Part shown: in pieces, positions 58,481-64,000 of the stretch
How positions within the stretch are numbered: position 1 is the stretch's first letter
Layout: every line of letters starts with the position of its first letter
Source: Octopus sinensis
Taxonomy: Eukaryota
NCBI RefSeq assembly: GCF_006345805.1
Contig: NC_043003.1
Coordinates: 34,658,001 to 34,722,000 of the forward strand
DNA length: 64,000 bases
Reading direction: 5' to 3'
Notes under the pieces: generated by a model
Told to the model about the DNA's origin: nothing
The model's database searches: none
What the model saw: the letters and a program-made list of their open reading frames with translations, nothing else
Translations under genes and position numbers: made by a program

Positions 58481-58750
58481 AACTATAAAAATTTGGCATT
58501 ATAGCATTACAAAGGATATAGTAGAGACCGTATAGTATTTTACTTTATCTTTCTCTCTCTCTCTCCCTTTCTCTGTTTCCACATTTGTCTCTTCCCTACA
58601 CTATATTCTCATACACCCCGTTATCTTTCGCTTGCTCTGCCTTTTCCTAATGTTTAACTTCCCTCATATTTTTCAATCTTTTGATTTCTACTCTACTTCA
58701 CTCTGCATTCTTTCTTTTTATTATATTATTATTATTATATTATTATTATT

Positions 58751-58781
<31 letters not shown>

Positions 58782-59864
58782 ATATCATTATTGTTATTAT
58801 TCCTCTTTCCTTATTGCTTTCCCTCCTGTTTGCATTTCACCCTTTCTTTCTATCTGTCTTCTCTTACTCATTTTTTTTTTCCTCTTTACTCTCTTTGTCT
58901 GTTTGTCTGATCTCTTTTTCATCCATTGATCTCTTGCCTTATCTTCAAACTGCAATATATGCGAGCTTTTTCCAAAGTTCGTTCATTTGAATGAGCCCCG
59001 GTTTCATATACCACATTACTGTAACAATATCAAAAGTTCTTCCGGATTTACAGCATTAACATGGACCAAAAAAACACAAACGTTTATATAAATGCAAATG
59101 TAAGACATGCATATTTGTATGTATATTTATATATAATATACATACATATGCGTGCGTGTATATATATATATATGTATGTATATGTATATATGTATATTAT
59201 ATATATATATATATTATATATATATATATATATGTATGTATATGTATATATGTATGTATGTGTGTGTATTTGTATGTATGTATATGTATGTGTGTATATG
59301 TGTGTGTGTGTTTGTGTGTGTAAGCATGAATTTGTCAATCACCACATTATTTATCATTTTCATCTATCTACCCAAAATAATCATGCAGCTCAAAGCTTAC
59401 CAGCAGCAGTATTAACAAAGATATTTCCCCCCCCCCCAAAAAAAAATCAAAATAATACAAAATGTATTCTTGTTAACATGGGCTTTGAACATTTCGATTC
59501 ATCAGGTGGTTACTTCTTAACAACTGAACTTAAGATATGGTTATTGAAACGTAATATACAGCAGGCGATTTTCAGTACAATAACACCTTGATACATCTAC
59601 AGGATTTTGAGTCATTTTCCGGTTGTTAACTGTAGCCACTTCTTGCCAAATTAGTGAACCAAATGCAAAAGAAAAAAGAAAAAGAAAAGGAACGGTGACG
59701 ATAAAATGAGTAAAACGAACTCAATATGAATATGCCAAAGGACAAGAACTACCTCCTCTAATCCATGTTAAGTTTTTACCTTCTGTTTTCAATTACTAAC
59801 GGAATGGAAATATTCTCCTAGGTATGGATGCGTGTATTTATGTATACATACATACATATGTATG

Positions 59865-60250
59865 GCGCGGGAGTGGCTGTGTGGTAAGTAGCTTGCTAAC
59901 CAGCCACATGGTTCCGGGTTCAGTCCAACTGCGTGGCATCTTGGGCAAGTGTCTTCTGCTATAGCCTCGGGCCGACCAATGCCTTGTGAGAGGATTTGGT
60001 AGACGGAAACTGAAAGAAGCCTGTCGTATATATATATATGTATATTTATATATATATGTATGTGTGTGTGTATCTGTGTTTCCCCCCGATGCTGATGTGT
60101 TTACGCCCCCGTCACTTAGCGGTTCGGCAAAAAGAGACCGATAGAATAAGTACTGGGTTTACAAAGAATAAGTCCCGGGGTCGATTTGCTCGACTAAAGG
60201 CGGTGCTCCAGCATGGCCGCAGTCAAATGACTGAAACAAGTAAAAGAGTA
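59865..60250 (+). mobile_element. Full-length SINE family B
   Basis: tRNA-like head (ggctgtgtggtaag; gggttcagtcc), CORE-like cttgggcaagtg segment, internal TA/TG tract, 3' region ending in short tandem (gtaaaga)n tail. Confidence 0.9.
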
Positions 60251-60819
60251 AAGAGTAAAGAGTATATAATGTATATATATATAGGTATGTATATATCTAT
60301 TTGTATGTATTTAGACACATACACAGACACACGCTTAGTTTCAAGTGCTTAGTTTTTGAAAGAGACATTTCATTTGCTAGTATTGTAATACCATACGATG
60401 GAACTTATAAATACCCAGTTTTTAGTATAACGTTTGTAGGGAAAATGTTAATTGAGAAAAAAAAATAGCCTACGTGTAAAGATATGCCTAAGGTGATGAC
60501 GGATAAACGCCAATCATTTATGAGTGGATAAAACATTTCGAAGATGATGGAAAACTCAGTGACACATATGAACCAGGGAATGGTTACAAATGATGGGGAA
60601 ATTTTGGGAATCGATAAATAAATGACCATTCAGAAAACTTATAATTAACGGAACGTCTCTTCTGGATCATTTCAGATGATTTTGATTGAAAAAAAAGTTT
60701 TCGTGTCCCATTTGTTTTGGATATTAATTTCAGTTCACTGTCTTTTGATATAAAAGTAGTAATAAAGAAAAAAAAAATACCAGAAATTAATTCTACTCCT
60801 ACCCTTTGCAACACCTAAT

Positions 60820-61300
60820 TGTGATAAACCAGCGGCGTGTAGTTGTATCCCAGAAACAAAGCTCTAGTTATTTTAGTCCAACACGTCATCACATCTCAAA
60901 GGAACACCACTGTGTGCATCAAGTGTGAAGAAAATGTTGATCGTATTTTTTTGATGTTTGAATAACCTGAACCTAATGGTCAAAAGAGTAGTCAAGTCTT
61001 TTATATAGAGTATTTGATTCAATTAAAGAATAAAGTTGAAAGAAATCACTATGAGCTGTGAGGAAAAATGGTCATTGACTTCTTCTCCATGACAACGCAC
61101 CTTCATCCATTTTGTCTGCATACATGAATTACTCTTGCGATACGACTGCTCCCTTATTCATATCATCCAAGTCAATGATATTTTTTCACGCTCTCTAACA
61201 ATCAAAATGGAGCTTGGTTGTAAAGAAATGCTCGATTTTTCTCACAATATGAACGCAAAATATAGTCACATAACAACTTATAGTTTCCAACATTGCATCT
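60820..61300 (+). mobile_element. Decayed mariner catalytic-domain fragment
   Basis: YPETK (YxPETK after the first D) and LLLHDNAP (second catalytic D) in broken frames. Confidence 0.6.
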
Positions 61301-61753
61301 GAAAGTAGCAATAAAGATGACTCATATGCATATTATCTGAAAGATTACTTTACTGATAACAGGCATATAATATTGATATATTTGTTTGTTCTTTGAAATA
61401 AATACATGTTTTTAAAGAACTTGTATACACAATTATATGAACGTATTGACAGGAATAAAAAAACATAGTCACAGAATACTCGATCAAAATCAAAACAAAT
61501 CACGTTCATATCAGCCAATCTAGAAGGCTACTACATCACTTTCTACCAATTATTTTAAAGCCATATTTTTTTATAGATCCATTTTTCCTTCTGAGACATA
61601 TTTATCAAATTGTGTATGTATGTAGAAGTGATTGTAAGAGTGTATAAACTTCCATATATACAGCTTGACACACAAAGAGATATACATACAAATGTATGCG
61701 CCGGCGTATTCACACACACACACACAACCCACATATTTATATATACATACATT

Positions 61754-61798
<45 letters not shown>

Positions 61799-62543
61799 TA
61801 TATATATATACATATATACATTGCTTACACACATGTACATACACGTATATACACATTCATATATATATATATGTCTCTCTCTCTCTATATATATATCTAT
61901 ATATCTATAAATATATATATATATATATATACATATATACATTGCATACATACATGTACATACACGTATATACACATTCATATATATATATATATATACG
62001 TTTCTCTCTCTCTCTCTATATATATATATCTATCTATATATCTATATCTATATCTATATCTCTCTCTATATATACATATATGTGTATATATGTATATGTA
62101 TATATGTGTATACATGTCTGTATATTTGCTTATACTTCAGCTAAGAAATTCATGGATTCGTGTTAAACTGATTTTAAAAAAGTAACTATTATTGCTTTAA
62201 TTTTGTTTTCACACCATTTAATTACAGTCCATTTGGCTTGATTTCGTAACTATTTCTTTTCTTTAAAGTTGCTTGTATCAATTATCAATAAAAGAATTGT
62301 AATTTTTCTTTCTCTTTCATTTACTGTAACTATTAATTAGTATTCGTATTGTCTTCTTTGTTGTTGTTGTTTTTGTTGTTCTTCTTATTATTATTGTAGT
62401 AGTAGTAGTAGTAATAGTAGTAGCAGCGGCAGTAGTTTTATGTTATTGATGTTGTTATTAAGTATACTATATTTGTTTTCTTATCTGGATAGCTGTTTCC
62501 TTCAGGAAAAGTTTTGAAAGCATTCTAATAATTAAGAAATTAC

Positions 62544-62574
<31 letters not shown>

Positions 62575-63177
62575 TGTATGTATGTATGTATGTAAATACA
62601 TATATGTAGCCCTTTAGAAAGAATATGCATCTGCCACTCGCTATTAGATAAATATGCAGGAAGTAATGTGGTCAAAAATAAAAATAAAAACAGCAATAGT
62701 ATTAAGTGTAACTTTTTAATTATCATTTCTAATATGCTCGGATAAATCTATTGCTATTTTATTATTAGTGAGATATATTTTATGTATATATGTATGTATA
62801 TCTGTCCCTCTCTCTCCCTCATTCTTCCTCCTCGACTCTCTCGCTGCTTACACGTGATCAGCGCCTATCTTTCTTTTCTTAACTCGAACTTTTTTCTTTC
62901 TTCTCGTTCAGCTACAGGGATAGCACATATTTTTGTCTGTCTCCTGTCAAAGCTTGCTTCTCCAGCGTTCACCACTTCACCTCGTTATGGCTTAACAGCC
63001 CTTACCATTCGTTTTCATTGCTGTTTTTTTTTTTTACCAGCTTTGACCCTCCGCAGATCCCAAATTTTATTTAATTTGCTTTGCGGGAGCAACTGTTTTG
63101 ACAAAGACGCATCTTGTCATTATGCTTGAAATGCAGAGTAGATAAAACAGTGGACAACAGATGAAGGGAGCGAGGTT

Positions 63178-63275
63178 ATAGTAGAAGACACTTGTCAAAA
63201 GTGTCACGCAGTGGGATTGAACCCGGAACCATGTGTTTGGGTACTAAGTTTCTTACCACACAGCCATGCCTGCGC
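63178..63275 (-). mobile_element. SINE family B head
   Basis: Reverse complement ggcgcaggcatggctgtgtggtaagaaac...ggttccgggttcaatcccactgcg. Confidence 0.8.
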
Positions 63276-63907
63276 CTATATATATATATATACACATATA
63301 CACCCACTCTCTCTCTCTCACTTACACATACTATCAAACATACACAAACATACACACACATCTTTGGAATTATATTTACTTTTTAGGTGCCCACCTAATG
63401 AAAAAGTACCTAAATTTCATTTCATCATGATAGTAGATATAAAATCTATATATGTGATTCAATAATGTGTATATAAAAAAGACACTGCGTTATTTTAAAT
63501 TTTCAAAATGATATATGTCTTTACGAACTATTGTATATTAATATTGTAACTTCATATATTCGTTATAAGAAACATATAATTACTATATACATAGATCATA
63601 GCAATAACTATAGCAACATTATTATTTAAATTGAAGACCAGCATGCTGTTATACATATAAATAAAAATAAATGCTAAGGTAACTGTAAGCAAATGAATAT
63701 ACTAAATCATAAAATCTAAATTCTAAAATGTGGTGGACTGGTACAATCTTTAGCTTGTAGGGTAATATGTCTTTCGGTATTTGGACAAGACAACTTAAAG
63801 TATTATAATTCTTTTGAGAGTGACATTGTAGTTTCCTTCTTGGAAACTTCGTTGTCACTGTCAATAAACATATAAAGTGTGTATATATGAATGTATTTAT
63901 ATATGTA

Positions 63908-63962
<55 letters not shown>

Positions 63963-64000
63963 ATGTAGGTATGAAAATTCCAGAAGCGTAAGTCGTAACG

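Overview
AT-rich, microsatellite-saturated animal genomic DNA. The SINE families, maT/mariner fossils and (TA)n/(TCTA)n/(CATA)n load resemble an Octopus (coleoid cephalopod) genome; this taxon call is an inference from repeat style. The only confidently recognisable host coding sequence is one 144-bp phase 0-0 exon on the minus strand (35502-35645) of a NOL4/NOL4L-family gene. I could not find the neighbouring conserved NOL4 exons in the window, so most or all of the 64 kb is probably giant intron. The rest is tRNA-derived SINEs (three families), a 5'-truncated L1/Tx1 LINE with a target-site duplication, RTE and other LINE fragments, mariner/maT/Tc1 fossils, MITEs and fold-back elements, several tandem duplications and simple repeats. 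Almost all ORFs in the supplied track are translated microsatellites. Best leads: (1) minimal hammerhead-ribozyme folds in a short Penelope-like repeat with a variant CUGUCGA core, (2) a 12-nt microexon candidate on the NOL4 strand, (3) a Tx1 element apparently inserted into and tailed by (TCTA)n, (4) several long intronic hairpins that could be ADAR substrates. No CRISPR, rRNA or true tRNA gene was found.
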